From: a virus
Strand: one strand, 5' to 3'
Length of the DNA stretch: 64,000 bases
IMG/VR virus record: IMGVR_UViG_3300032562_000016
In this document: piece after piece, positions 28,742 to 37,043 of the stretch
How positions within the stretch are numbered: position 1 is the stretch's first letter
How the letters are laid out: each line of letters starts with the position of its first letter
Position numbers and translations under genes: made by a program
The notes under the pieces: generated by a model
Databases searched by the model: none
What the model saw: the letters and a program-made list of their open reading frames with translations, nothing else
Told to the model about the DNA's origin: nothing

Positions 28742-29170
28742 TAAATCCTCCTAATATTAATATTACATAACAGAACACCGCCACTATCCAGATCGCCGAT
28801 ACAGTCAAAACGCCCATAAGTAACAGTATGTCTAATATGTCATTCACTTTTGACTCCTATTGATTCCTGCAAATGATTATCCATGCGTTGCTTAGAAAAC
28901 TTAATTTCTTTTAACAGCGTCTCTAACTGCTCTATGGTGTACCACCCCTCAGCGATATAGAACTGTGATGTGCCAAATACCTCTACCTTATATTCATCCA
29001 TTTTTTGCCTTTATTGCTGATTTATAACCCTGCTCCCACGTTTTGTAATGGTTCTCTACAAAAGGATCTTCTTTTAAAAATTCCAATGCTTCCTGAGTTT
29101 TCTTCCATCTATGATGGCTACTCTTATCTAGGAAATCTTGTAGTATCTTTATTGCTTCTTCTTTAGTCAT
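28734..29170 (-). other. Three sub-60-aa ORFs: a 27-aa TM mini-protein (28734-28817, MGVLTVSAIWIVAVFCYVILILGGFNE), 28840-29001 (MDEYKV..., 53 aa) and 28994-29170 (MTKEEAIKIL..., 58 aa).
   Basis: Manual translation. Each overlaps the next start. The mini-protein is a single hydrophobic helix whose stop sits in the SD/start of the downstream gene. Confidence 0.35.
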
Positions 29171-29363
29171 TTAAGTTCCTAAAATGTCCATGCCTTACGT
29201 TCCAAAGTACATAGCACCAAGCATAATTAGGAGTGATATCTCCATCCATGTACTTGTTAACATTGCTCTCCACTTCCGCCCAGTCAACTGAAACCAATCC
29301 GTTTTTATCTATCATCGCCACTGCGCTATTGTTAACTTCAGCAAATTTATAGTTATTACTCAT
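29163..29363 (-). CDS. hypothetical small protein
   Basis: 66 aa. Confidence 0.4.
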   Translation of the reverse strand: MSNNYKFAEVNNSAVAMIDKNGLVSVDWAEVESNVNKYMDGDITPNYAWCYVLWNVRHGHFRNLND

Positions 29364-29802
29364 AGAACCCCCTAGAAAGTAAACCTAGAAAAGCATAAAT
29401 CAATATGCCGTACAGCGCGAACAGAAATACCGTATCAGACGTCCAATAAGACTCAATACCTAAAATAACCCTCTGCACCCAATCCTGATCCGGGTTGTAG
29501 TGGTTCTGTTTAGGCTCGTAATAAAGGCCAATCTTGACCTTGCCAGTGTCATAAGGCGGTGTCTTCAATGCGCCTCCTTTAATAATCTCTTTAACCTGCG
29601 TTCCGCTATTCCAAAGGACTTTCTGAACGCGTAAGTAGCCTTCTCCTCCTCCATTCCCGCCTCCACCGCTACTGTCGCTAATGCCATGCTCAAGCCCGAT
29701 AGAATGTCCCGCACATCCGCCGATGCTTTTGTCGCTAATATTTGCAATATCTCTACTGCTACCTTTTCTGATGCCGTTCTTTCTGTCATTTCTTTTCCCC
29801 AT
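29356..29802 (-). CDS. Gly-rich protein with C-terminal TM anchor
   Basis: 148 aa; GGGGNGGGEG stretch; C-terminal hydrophobic FLFALYGILIYAFLGLL. The nested ORF 29565-29789 is judged spurious. Confidence 0.45.
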   Translation of the reverse strand: MGKRNDRKNGIRKGSSRDIANISDKSIGGCAGHSIGLEHGISDSSGGGGNGGGEGYLRVQKVLWNSGTQVKEIIKGGALKTPPYDTGKVKIGLYYEPKQNHYNPDQDWVQRVILGIESYWTSDTVFLFALYGILIYAFLGLLSRGFYE

Positions 29803-29949
29803 AAAATAACTTCCTTTTTAAATCTCTATACGTCTTCAGAAGGCCTTTTACTTCCAACAAACGATAATAGTATCCAATCTTTCCCGTATTATTATATTTA
29901 GTTTTTAGCTTTTCAATACGAAAAAGTAATAATAATTCACAATCTAGCA
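29787..29949 (-). CDS. small basic protein (54 aa, below cutoff)
   Basis: ATG at 29949 with GGAGG 8 nt upstream; MLDCELLLLFRIEKLKTKYNN.... Confidence 0.35.
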
Positions 29950-30026
29950 TAATATATCCTCCTTAGATGTGATGGATTATAACACTACTAGGTGTGCTAA
30001 AGTGAAATTATTTATAATAAAACTAC

Positions 30027-30353
30027 CTAGAACGATAGTAGTATTTTTATAGATTCTTTTTCAGTTTGATCTATTGTGTGTTCACAATCTTCCCAAGGGG
30101 GAGTAGTACAGTTGCATAACGGCTTATATACGCCAGTAGTAAAAACAACTTTAGATTTCGTATTGTTTGTATTAATAGATAATTTTCTTTTGCCAAAAGT
30201 TAAATGAGATAACTCGGCAGTATTATTCTGATACCTTTTCGCCCACCCAGGCCGTAGCGGATAAGGTATACCAAATGCTCTGGCTGATGTAGCAGTAATA
30301 GATATATTATCTGGATAGTACTTACTTAAGAAATCTTTAAGTGTAATTATCAT
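30027..30353 (-). CDS. hypothetical protein
   Basis: 108 aa, Cys-containing. Confidence 0.45.
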   Translation of the reverse strand: MIITLKDFLSKYYPDNISITATSARAFGIPYPLRPGWAKRYQNNTAELSHLTFGKRKLSINTNNTKSKVVFTTGVYKPLCNCTTPPWEDCEHTIDQTEKESIKILLSF

Positions 30354-31514
30354 TTTTAGTGAGCCAGAGTGAGTGAAGTGATATTTAGAGGAAAGCTATG
30401 CCTATAGGAGACCTAAGCCTCCTATATAGCATTACCTGAGCCGTCGGTCGTTCGTTTCAACCCGTATCAGGGGAGCTGTAAAGTTGTTCGCCAGCTCCTA
30501 TCTTCCAACGTTATCTGCTCAACATGCAGCGTTCCCTTACCACACCGTCGGAAGGCATCCCTATCGTTGCCACCGTGTACCGCCTCATTGAAGAGCGGAT
30601 TGGTATAGCTATTTTCGAAAACACTCTATCCCTATGCGTCCGGATGGGGATGCTTCTGTCCGGAATACAACACAAGCCAGAACCGTCGTGACTCTGCTCC
30701 TCAGGGACTACGCTTTCTAAACCTTTTCAGGCTACCGATACCATGACGTATGACGGCTACTCGCTTCCTCTACCCTCGGTATGAAATCTTTTCCCGATAG
30801 ACTCTTATGTCGGGTAACGGCAGAAAGCAAAAAACCCTTACTGAAAGATACGAGCTTTAGGCTTGGTTGCCGCATACAAGTCTGCCATACCAGAATCTTG
30901 TAGCTTTGACGAAGCCCGCTCCTTCAGTAAGGGTTCGGGACTGTTTCGTTATATGGAACTACAACGGGTTACCAAGCCGTTGATGGGGGGAGTATATCAA
31001 ATAATTTCAGGTTATGTCAAACCCAAGTAAAAATATATGTAGTCTTTTACACGGGGAAATAGTTGTTGGTGCTCACATAAAGCAGTGTTTTGTTACCAAT
31101 TCGACTCTAATGGATCATAAAAAAATGATTATTAGATTACTGGCGCTAACCCAGTAAACACCAACAAGAATGAAGACTGCTACCCGCTGTTCACAGAGCA
31201 GGAAACCTGCATTTCTCGCAATCCTCATACTTGTTAGCTGTTGGCAAAATAAGACTTTCTTAATGCATCATAACAATGCTCCGCCTCGTATATACCAACA
31301 AGAATGAGGACTACCTTTATGTCTTTATCCCGTGGCTGGCCTTGTCACAGCCCTTTGGACTCGGGTTAAAGCTGGGCGTCCCCCAGCAATCCTCATGCTT
31401 GTAAGTACTCCCCCAGCAGTTGTAGCCGCCGAGGGAGAAGGACAACATTTGTCCGAACAAGTATGAAGACTCGGAGGCTTTTATTTCAGTTAGCCACGAT
31501 GCCTGAACACACCG
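30354..31514. ncRNA. Large ORF-free region (about 1.16 kb) with higher GC and many hairpins; candidate large structured ncRNA(s) and/or origin or other cis-acting locus. Strand unknown.
   Basis: No ORF of 60 aa or more in six frames over 1161 bp, in an otherwise roughly 95% coding genome. Hairpins visible: CTATAGGAG/CTCCTATAG (around 30395-30430), GGAGCTG/CAGCTCC, TCCGGA...TCCGGA, CCCTTACTGAA...TTCAGTAAGGG (11-bp stem enclosing about 80 nt), plus three 13-bp-stem hairpin units at 31163-31540. Confidence 0.45.
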
Positions 31515-31540
31515 TTATTGTGAATCTTCATACTTGTTAG
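31163..31540. repeat. Array of three long hairpin units. 5' arms AACAAG(A/T)ATGA(A/G)GACT are at 31163-31178, 31297-31312 and 31456-31471. 3' arms (C/G)AATC(C/T)TCAT(A/G)CTTGT(T/A)AG are at 31219-31237, 31387-31405 and 31523-31540.
   Basis: Read directly. Unit 3 arms form a perfect 13-bp helix. Units 1 and 2 have 1-2 mismatches with partly compensatory changes. Loops are 40-75 nt. The array is bracketed by roughly 90-nt direct repeats (GCTCRCATAAAGCAGYGTT...GGCGCTAACCCRGTA) at about 31066-31160 and 31546-31625. Confidence 0.7.
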
Positions 31541-31748
31541 TTTGGGACGGCTCGCATAAAGCAGCGTTATTTTGTGCCTCATTACTCCAAGGAGATACGG
31601 CGCTAACCCGTATTACCGCCCCAAGGTTTTTATTATAAGCAGAAATATTAATCCGTTTCTTGTTGGGGCATTTTTTACACTTAATCCCCTGGCAAACACC
31701 TAGTTGTTCACACCTTGTAATCTTCATAAAAAAATGGGGATGCCGCAC
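31515..31748 (-). CDS. doubtful ORF (GTG start, Cys-rich, overlaps repeat R2 and a hairpin arm)
   Basis: The 77-aa track ORF starts with GTG and spans the conserved non-coding repeats. Probably not a real gene. Confidence 0.2.
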   Translation of the reverse strand: MRHPHFFMKITRCEQLGVCQGIKCKKCPNKKRINISAYNKNLGAVIRVSAVSPWSNEAQNNAALCEPSQTNKYEDSQ

Positions 31749-31794
31749 GACACCCCCAAAAGTTCAACAGGAACTACCAATGAAAGACTATATT

Positions 31795-32082
31795 CTACTC
31801 GCATTTTTTAAGCATTGCTAAAGCTTCTTCAACAGAATTTACTATCGCCAGTAGCCCTCCCGTCCATTCATTGAAAAACTTCTGTTCCGCGTCCGTCAGC
31901 TTTCTAGCACTAGGAACTTTTTTACCATCTTTAACTTCTAGCAAAAGGGTATACCCCATATACCCCACCAAAAGATCCGGTACTCCGTCACCCATAGTGA
32001 TTATTCTTACAGTAGCACCCGCCTTACGGAGGGCGTCCACTATGTCGTTTTGATTGGCGTCAATTCTATTTGCATATCTCAT
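31795..32082 (-). CDS. VRR-NUC domain nuclease
   Basis: 95 aa; GVPDLLVGYMGYTLLLEVKDG...L...Q..F..W.GG...IV.S.EEA matches the VRR-NUC (PD-(D/E)XK-fold) signature D...E.K. Confidence 0.65.
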   Translation of the reverse strand: MRYANRIDANQNDIVDALRKAGATVRIITMGDGVPDLLVGYMGYTLLLEVKDGKKVPSARKLTDAEQKFFNEWTGGLLAIVNSVEEALAMLKKCE

Positions 32083-32162
32083 ATAAATATTTTACAACAT
32101 ATTGCAAACGGCTGGATATATGTGGTACATTACACTCCCTTGCAATACATAAGGAACTAACA

Positions 32163-32435
32163 ATGAAACATATCCACGCAGACTTAATACATGCTTGGGC
32201 AGATGGTGCTCAGATTCAACGGAAAAGAAATAATGAAGATTGGGATGATGCTCCTTATCCAATTTGGGATGAAAATACTGAATACAGAATAAAACCAGAA
32301 TCTAAATCAGATTATGTTAGATATCTTGAAATGCCTATGTTTTGGGGATATGTCGAAAGAAGACCAGAATCAAATATGAAAGTTGTATTTGATGGCGAAA
32401 CAGGCGATCTTAAATCAGCGGAGGTGCTTAAATGA
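32163..32435 (+). CDS. hypothetical protein (start moved to MKHIHADL...)
   Basis: The track ORF starts at 32070. The ATG at 32163 has an SD (AAGGAACT). Confidence 0.4.
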   Translation: MKHIHADLIHAWADGAQIQRKRNNEDWDDAPYPIWDENTEYRIKPESKSDYVRYLEMPMFWGYVERRPESNMKVVFDGETGDLKSAEVLK

Positions 32436-33307
32436 AATTAACAAATAAATTTGGCTTGCCAGAAACCATAGTAAACGTCTTAAAGCGCCCCACCTATTCC
32501 AAAGGTAAGGCTCATATATCTGCAACTGAGCTCATAAACTCACCAAAGATCGTACAGCTTAAAAGAATGTATTGGGACGAGCTGGAGGAGGATGCAAGCT
32601 CTATGGTCTGGTCTTTGTTTGGATCTGCTGTTCATAACATCCTAGAGCACGGTAAAGCGGATAACCATATCGTAGAAGAAAGAGTACACGTTACCCATGA
32701 TGGATGGAACATATCCGGAGCAGTAGATCTTCAGGAAGTATACGAAGACGGAATAGTTATTAACGACTATAAAACTACTACCGCCTGGGCAGTTCAAAAC
32801 GACAAGCCGGAATGGGAAGAACAGCTAAACATCTATGCCTGGTTATTACAGAAAGCCAAGAATAAACCCGTCAAAAAGCTTCGTATTGTGGCCATAGTGC
32901 GCGATTGGAGCTCAAGGGAGGCCAGTACCAAGGAAAGCTATCCACAAGCCCCCATCGTGATCCTAGACCAGACCTTATGGCCTTTTGAGCGGGCAGAGTT
33001 ATTTATAGACGAGAAGTTAAAGTTACACGGCGAAGCTTATTTTGAATCTGAGACAGACGGAGATCTACCGGACTGTACGCCAGAGGAGATGTGGGAGAAG
33101 CCAAGTAAATATGCTGTTATGAAAGATGGTGGATTAAGAGCAAAAAGCGTACACGACACTTTAGAAGAAGCTCAAAAAGCACTGCCGGAGAAGGGGTATT
33201 CCATTGAATGCAGGCCCGGAGAAAGAACAAGATGTAAATCTTATTGTCAAGTATCAAAATTTTGTAATCAATATAAAGAATACATTAAAAATAATAGCGA
33301 TCTTTAA
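32432..33307 (+). CDS. PD-(D/E)XK nuclease with C-terminal Cys cluster (Cas4/RecB-like exonuclease)
   Basis: VDLQEV...IVINDYKTTT (D..E.K core) and the C-terminal C...CKSYCQVSKFC cysteine cluster typical of Cas4/AddB-type nucleases. Neighbours an ERF annealing protein. Confidence 0.5.
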   Translation: MKLTNKFGLPETIVNVLKRPTYSKGKAHISATELINSPKIVQLKRMYWDELEEDASSMVWSLFGSAVHNILEHGKADNHIVEERVHVTHDGWNISGAVDLQEVYEDGIVINDYKTTTAWAVQNDKPEWEEQLNIYAWLLQKAKNKPVKKLRIVAIVRDWSSREASTKESYPQAPIVILDQTLWPFERAELFIDEKLKLHGEAYFESETDGDLPDCTPEEMWEKPSKYAVMKDGGLRAKSVHDTLEEAQKALPEKGYSIECRPGERTRCKSYCQVSKFCNQYKEYIKNNSDL

Positions 33308-33310
33308 TAT

Positions 33311-33835
33311 GTGGGAATTTGTGATATTATTCCCACATTTAAAGGGGAAATAATGAACATATCTCAAGAATATTTAAAAGAAGTTTTTATATATAAAGAT
33401 GGAGTTCTTTTTTGGAATGTTGATAAAAGAAAAATGAAGATTGGAGAAAAAGCAGGTAGAACAAAAAAAAATGGATATTGTGAAATTAGATTAAATGGAA
33501 AACTTTATGGCACTCATAGATTAATTTTTTTAATGTTTCATGGATATCTTCCAAAAATTATTGATCATATTGACGGGAACCCTTCAAACAATTTAATTTC
33601 AAACTTAAGAAGCGCAACTCATGCAGAGAACATGAGAAATTCAAAAAAACCAATTAATAACAAATCAGGATTTAAAGGAGTTTATTTCAACAAAGAAACA
33701 AAAAAATGGATAGCTCAATGCGTTGTTAATAATAAAAAACATCATATAGGAAGCTACGAAGACATTCATGAAGCCGCAAATGCAATTATGAGTTTTAGAA
33801 ATAAAAACCATAAAAATTTTGCAAAACACAATTAA
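33311..33835 (+). CDS. HNH homing endonuclease with AP2-like DNA-binding domain (probable start at 33353)
   Basis: GYCEIRLNGKLYGTHRLIFLMFHGYLP...IDHIDGNPSNN (HNH_3) followed by KGVYFNKETKKWIAQC...HHIGSYEDIHEAANA (AP2-like). Confidence 0.7.
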   Translation: MGICDIIPTFKGEIMNISQEYLKEVFIYKDGVLFWNVDKRKMKIGEKAGRTKKNGYCEIRLNGKLYGTHRLIFLMFHGYLPKIIDHIDGNPSNNLISNLRSATHAENMRNSKKPINNKSGFKGVYFNKETKKWIAQCVVNNKKHHIGSYEDIHEAANAIMSFRNKNHKNFAKHN

Positions 33836-33862
33836 ACAATTTCAACAATACAAGGAACAAAA

Positions 33863-34780
33863 ATGATCTTATTTTTTATTGCGATTTTTCTATTAATCAT
33901 TCCAATTGGCATTGGATATGCTCTTCATTTTAATTATTTAGACAGTATAAAAACTCAAAATACATTTAAGAGCGGAGATAGCAAGATACCCGAACCAGTA
34001 TTTAAGCCAACAATACCGGTTATTGCGGGCTTAGTTTTAATGCTCATATATATTTGTCTTGAGTCCTACGTTATCGTACCTGCTGGCCATATCGGCATTC
34101 AGGTTACGTTTGGTACGGTCAATCAGGCAACACTTGGAGAAGGATTACATTTTGTAAATCCATTATCTAGCGTACAGAACCTGGACGTTCGTTTGGTATC
34201 AGCCAAGCTTGTAGGATCAGCGGCGGGTACTAAAGATCTACAGCAAGTACATACCGATATCGTTGTGAACTACCGTATATCCGGCGATAAAGCGGCTCAT
34301 ATCTACAAAGAGTTTGGCCTGGATCTTCAGGATAAAGTAGTTATGCCCTTTGTTAACGAGTCCTTTAAAGCCATTACCGCGCACTACACCAGCGAGGAAT
34401 TAATTACCAAGCGGGACGAAGTATCAGCAGGAATTAAGCAGGAGCTCTCAGACAAACTGGGAAAGTACAACATAGTTGTGAGCGATATTTCTTTGGTGAA
34501 TTTCGGTTTCTCTGCCGAATACCAAAAGGCTATTGAGGCAAAGGTAATAGCAACCCAGAGCAAGCTCCAGGCCGAACAAGATCTACAAAGGATTGAGGTA
34601 GAAGCCAAGCAAACCATTGCTAAGGCGGAAGGTCATGCTAAAGCTATCCAGATCGAAACAGCGGCTATCAACTCCCAGGGCGGACAGTCATACGTTCAGT
34701 TAAAAGCCATTGAGCGTTGGGACGGGAAGATGCCACAAACTATTGCCGGAGGCGCGACACCGTTCGTGAATTTGAAATGA
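33863..34780 (+). CDS. SPFH/band-7 (prohibitin/HflC-like) membrane protein
   Basis: N-terminal TM helices, then a typical SPFH core (IQVTFGTVNQATLGEGLHFVNPL...IVVNYRI...) and a coiled-coil C-terminus. Confidence 0.75.
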   Translation: MILFFIAIFLLIIPIGIGYALHFNYLDSIKTQNTFKSGDSKIPEPVFKPTIPVIAGLVLMLIYICLESYVIVPAGHIGIQVTFGTVNQATLGEGLHFVNPLSSVQNLDVRLVSAKLVGSAAGTKDLQQVHTDIVVNYRISGDKAAHIYKEFGLDLQDKVVMPFVNESFKAITAHYTSEELITKRDEVSAGIKQELSDKLGKYNIVVSDISLVNFGFSAEYQKAIEAKVIATQSKLQAEQDLQRIEVEAKQTIAKAEGHAKAIQIETAAINSQGGQSYVQLKAIERWDGKMPQTIAGGATPFVNLK

Positions 34781-35124
34781 TTGAAGATCGTGAAGATGCA
34801 TATGAAGACCTTATGAAGTTCTTGGAAGAAGGAGAGTCCGTTGAGGGAATAGTCTTTGGAGAGTACGGATGGGGCGGGTACGGAGAAAAAGAAAATCACA
34901 AAGTTCAAAAGAAAAACCAAGGAAAACTAATGACATTGGCTGAGGCAGAGCCACTGATGCATGGTTGGACTTTCTACGGAGGCTACGGAGCACCTGAATG
35001 CAATGCGATCTATGTATGGACAAATAAAAGGATTATTTGGGTAACTCAGTACGATGGTTCTACCACCTTGGATTCCGCTCCACGAGATCCAATTGACTGT
35101 ATACCTGATATGCCAGGCGGATAA
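34777..35124 (+). CDS. hypothetical protein (start re-assigned; ATGA overlap with SPFH stop)
   Basis: Track ORF 34717-35124 overlaps the SPFH gene. The ATG at 34777 overlaps the TGA at 34778-34780. Confidence 0.4.
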   Translation: MIEDREDAYEDLMKFLEEGESVEGIVFGEYGWGGYGEKENHKVQKKNQGKLMTLAEAEPLMHGWTFYGGYGAPECNAIYVWTNKRIIWVTQYDGSTTLDSAPRDPIDCIPDMPGG

Positions 35125-35142
35125 TTAACAAAGGAAAACAAA

Positions 35143-35859
35143 ATGACAGTATTTAAAAAACTACAAAAAGCACGAGCAGAAATAGCTCACAAGCCACTCA
35201 AGAAATCCGGCAAGAACAAGTTTGCAGGATATGAGTACTTTGAATTGGGAGACTTCATACCCACTGCTCACGACATATTCGAGAGTCTTGGATTGTGCGG
35301 AGTATTCAATATCAACTATGAAACTGCTACGCTTTGCATCCACGATGTTGAAAGCGGGGAAGTGGTTCAGTTCTCCTCCCCAACAGTAATGGCAGAGAAC
35401 GCTAAAGTTCAGGCTATCCAATCAATGGGATCAACCCACACCTACTATCGCCGTTACCTTTGGTTAATGGCCTTAGAGCTTACCGAGCACGATACGGTAG
35501 ATTCATCCGATCCAGGAGAAAAGAAATCAGAGCCAAAGCCAAAAGCTGAAGCTCCAGTTGTTAAAGAATCAGTTGATCCAAAGACCGGAGAGATCAAGCC
35601 TCCAGTAAATATTGAGGGCGAGAAGAAGGAATGGAACTTTAAGGTCACAGCAGAGCCAGGAGCATCTGTAGACGGATGGATTCAGATCGTCAAAGACGCC
35701 GCCGAAATAATGCTCAGCGCAGCACAGTCCAGGACTGACGTAACAACTATATTCACAACCAATAGGAATATATTCAACAAACTTAAAGAGCTGAGCGCGC
35801 AAGAGCATACAGCTTTGATGGACACATTTAAATCTAAGAAAGAATCATTTAAGGAGTAA
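35143..35859 (+). CDS. erf: ERF-family single-strand annealing protein
   Basis: N-terminus KLQKARAEIAHKPLKKSGKNKFAGYEYFELGDFIPTAHDIF matches the ERF superfamily N-terminal core. Low-complexity acidic/Pro C-terminal half. Confidence 0.6.
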   Translation: MTVFKKLQKARAEIAHKPLKKSGKNKFAGYEYFELGDFIPTAHDIFESLGLCGVFNINYETATLCIHDVESGEVVQFSSPTVMAENAKVQAIQSMGSTHTYYRRYLWLMALELTEHDTVDSSDPGEKKSEPKPKAEAPVVKESVDPKTGEIKPPVNIEGEKKEWNFKVTAEPGASVDGWIQIVKDAAEIMLSAAQSRTDVTTIFTTNRNIFNKLKELSAQEHTALMDTFKSKKESFKE

Positions 35860-35862
35860 AAC

Positions 35863-36156
35863 ATGGCTAATCAATATCCAAACAGCGGGCGTTTATCAAC
35901 AAACAAATACAAGGAAATAGGCGATAAAAAGCCTGATCTAGTAGGCGATATCACAATGACCAGAGAAGCCCTTAAAGGCCTATTAGACGAGCATCCAGAT
36001 GACGAAATAGTTATCAAGCTATCCGCCTGGAATATGAGCGGTAACTATGGTCCTTGGGTTCGTTTAGCCTGGAATAACTATAAGCCAAAGACTGATGCGG
36101 CTCCAGTACAGAAGGCTATTCCAATAGACCCACTAGACGATTCGATACCATTTTGA
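35863..36156 (+). CDS. hypothetical protein
   Basis: 97 aa. Confidence 0.4.
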   Translation: MANQYPNSGRLSTNKYKEIGDKKPDLVGDITMTREALKGLLDEHPDDEIVIKLSAWNMSGNYGPWVRLAWNNYKPKTDAAPVQKAIPIDPLDDSIPF

Positions 36157-36575
36157 TGGACACCATTCAATATGAGGCGGTAAAGGTAGCATTAAAGCAG
36201 GATAAAACCGGCTTTATGCTGACCTTAAACATACATCCGGACGAGATACCAAATGACTTAATTCGTGACTTCGTGGGGGCGCGGTATCAGGTTGTTATGG
36301 TACGTCTTGACGGGAATAATCAACCAATGGATCGCAAGGAGAACTTTAGAGATCCGGTTAAGTTAGCCGTTTTGCTTTGCAAAGATCCCGATTTTTCCAA
36401 GTTTCTTTACGAGACTTCTCAAAGCTTAGAAAAGGAAATGACGGAGGAGGACTTAACCAATTGGTTAAAGCTTGAACTCAATATCACGTCCAGAGCAGAT
36501 CTAAAGAACGATGCAGAGGCTACTCGGCATTTATACACAATTAATCAGGAATTTAAAGCATGGAAACAAATCTAA
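36153..36575 (+). CDS. hypothetical protein
   Basis: 140 aa. Confidence 0.4.
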   Translation: MMDTIQYEAVKVALKQDKTGFMLTLNIHPDEIPNDLIRDFVGARYQVVMVRLDGNNQPMDRKENFRDPVKLAVLLCKDPDFSKFLYETSQSLEKEMTEEDLTNWLKLELNITSRADLKNDAEATRHLYTINQEFKAWKQI

Positions 36576-36865
36576 TCCCGTACTCGGTTTACCTGAGCTC
36601 GGAAATACATAAAAAATTAAAGGAGGCGGCGGAAGATAGAAAAGCTTCTGGAATAGTTAGAGATGCTATTAACGCCTATTTTGAAAATACGGACGCGATG
36701 AACACAGGATACAACAGTGCAATAGGAGATGTAATTGACATTATCGCCAAGGACAAACTGGTATCTGGGCTAACTATCAATAGCAAAGAAGTCGATATGC
36801 AGTTGATCAATAAAATCTTAAAACTTAAAAGGAAAGAAAATGGCAAGAAAAAAAGAGGGGCTTGA
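36560..36865 (+). CDS. ribbon-helix-helix (CopG/Arc-like) DNA-binding protein
   Basis: YSVYLSSEIHKKLKEAAEDRKASGIVRDAINAYF is a beta-strand plus two helices (RHH signature). Confidence 0.55.
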   Translation: METNLIPYSVYLSSEIHKKLKEAAEDRKASGIVRDAINAYFENTDAMNTGYNSAIGDVIDIIAKDKLVSGLTINSKEVDMQLINKILKLKRKENGKKKRGA

Positions 36866-37043
36866 ACTGCTCCAGGCAAAACAAGATCCCATATCTATCG
36901 AGAAGATTACCATGCTTGACTGGTACGCCGCACAAGCTATTAAACACGTTCAGCTCAGCGAGATGGAGAGAAGTGCAAAACTTATCTTTGACTTTGCTGA
37001 GGCTTGCCTGAACGAGCGGACAAAAAGGATTGGGAATGACTAA
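36840..37043 (+). CDS. hypothetical small protein
   Basis: 67 aa. Confidence 0.35.
   Translation: MARKKEGLELLQAKQDPISIEKITMLDWYAAQAIKHVQLSEMERSAKLIFDFAEACLNERTKRIGND

Noticed and set aside
30354-31514. tRNA gene cluster in the coding desert
   Set aside because: No GTTCGAATC/GTTCAAATC-type T-loop, D-loop or 7-bp acceptor/anticodon arrangement was found on either strand. The hairpin stems are 13 bp with 40-75-nt loops, which is incompatible with tRNA.
31163-31540. CRISPR-like array
   Set aside because: The repeated elements alternate in orientation (inverted arms of hairpins) rather than being direct repeats with unique spacers, and no cas genes are present.
31515-31748. 77-aa ORF as a real gene
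   Set aside because: It starts with GTG, is Cys/low-complexity, and is built over the conserved direct repeat R2 and a hairpin arm. Most likely a chance ORF inside the non-coding locus.
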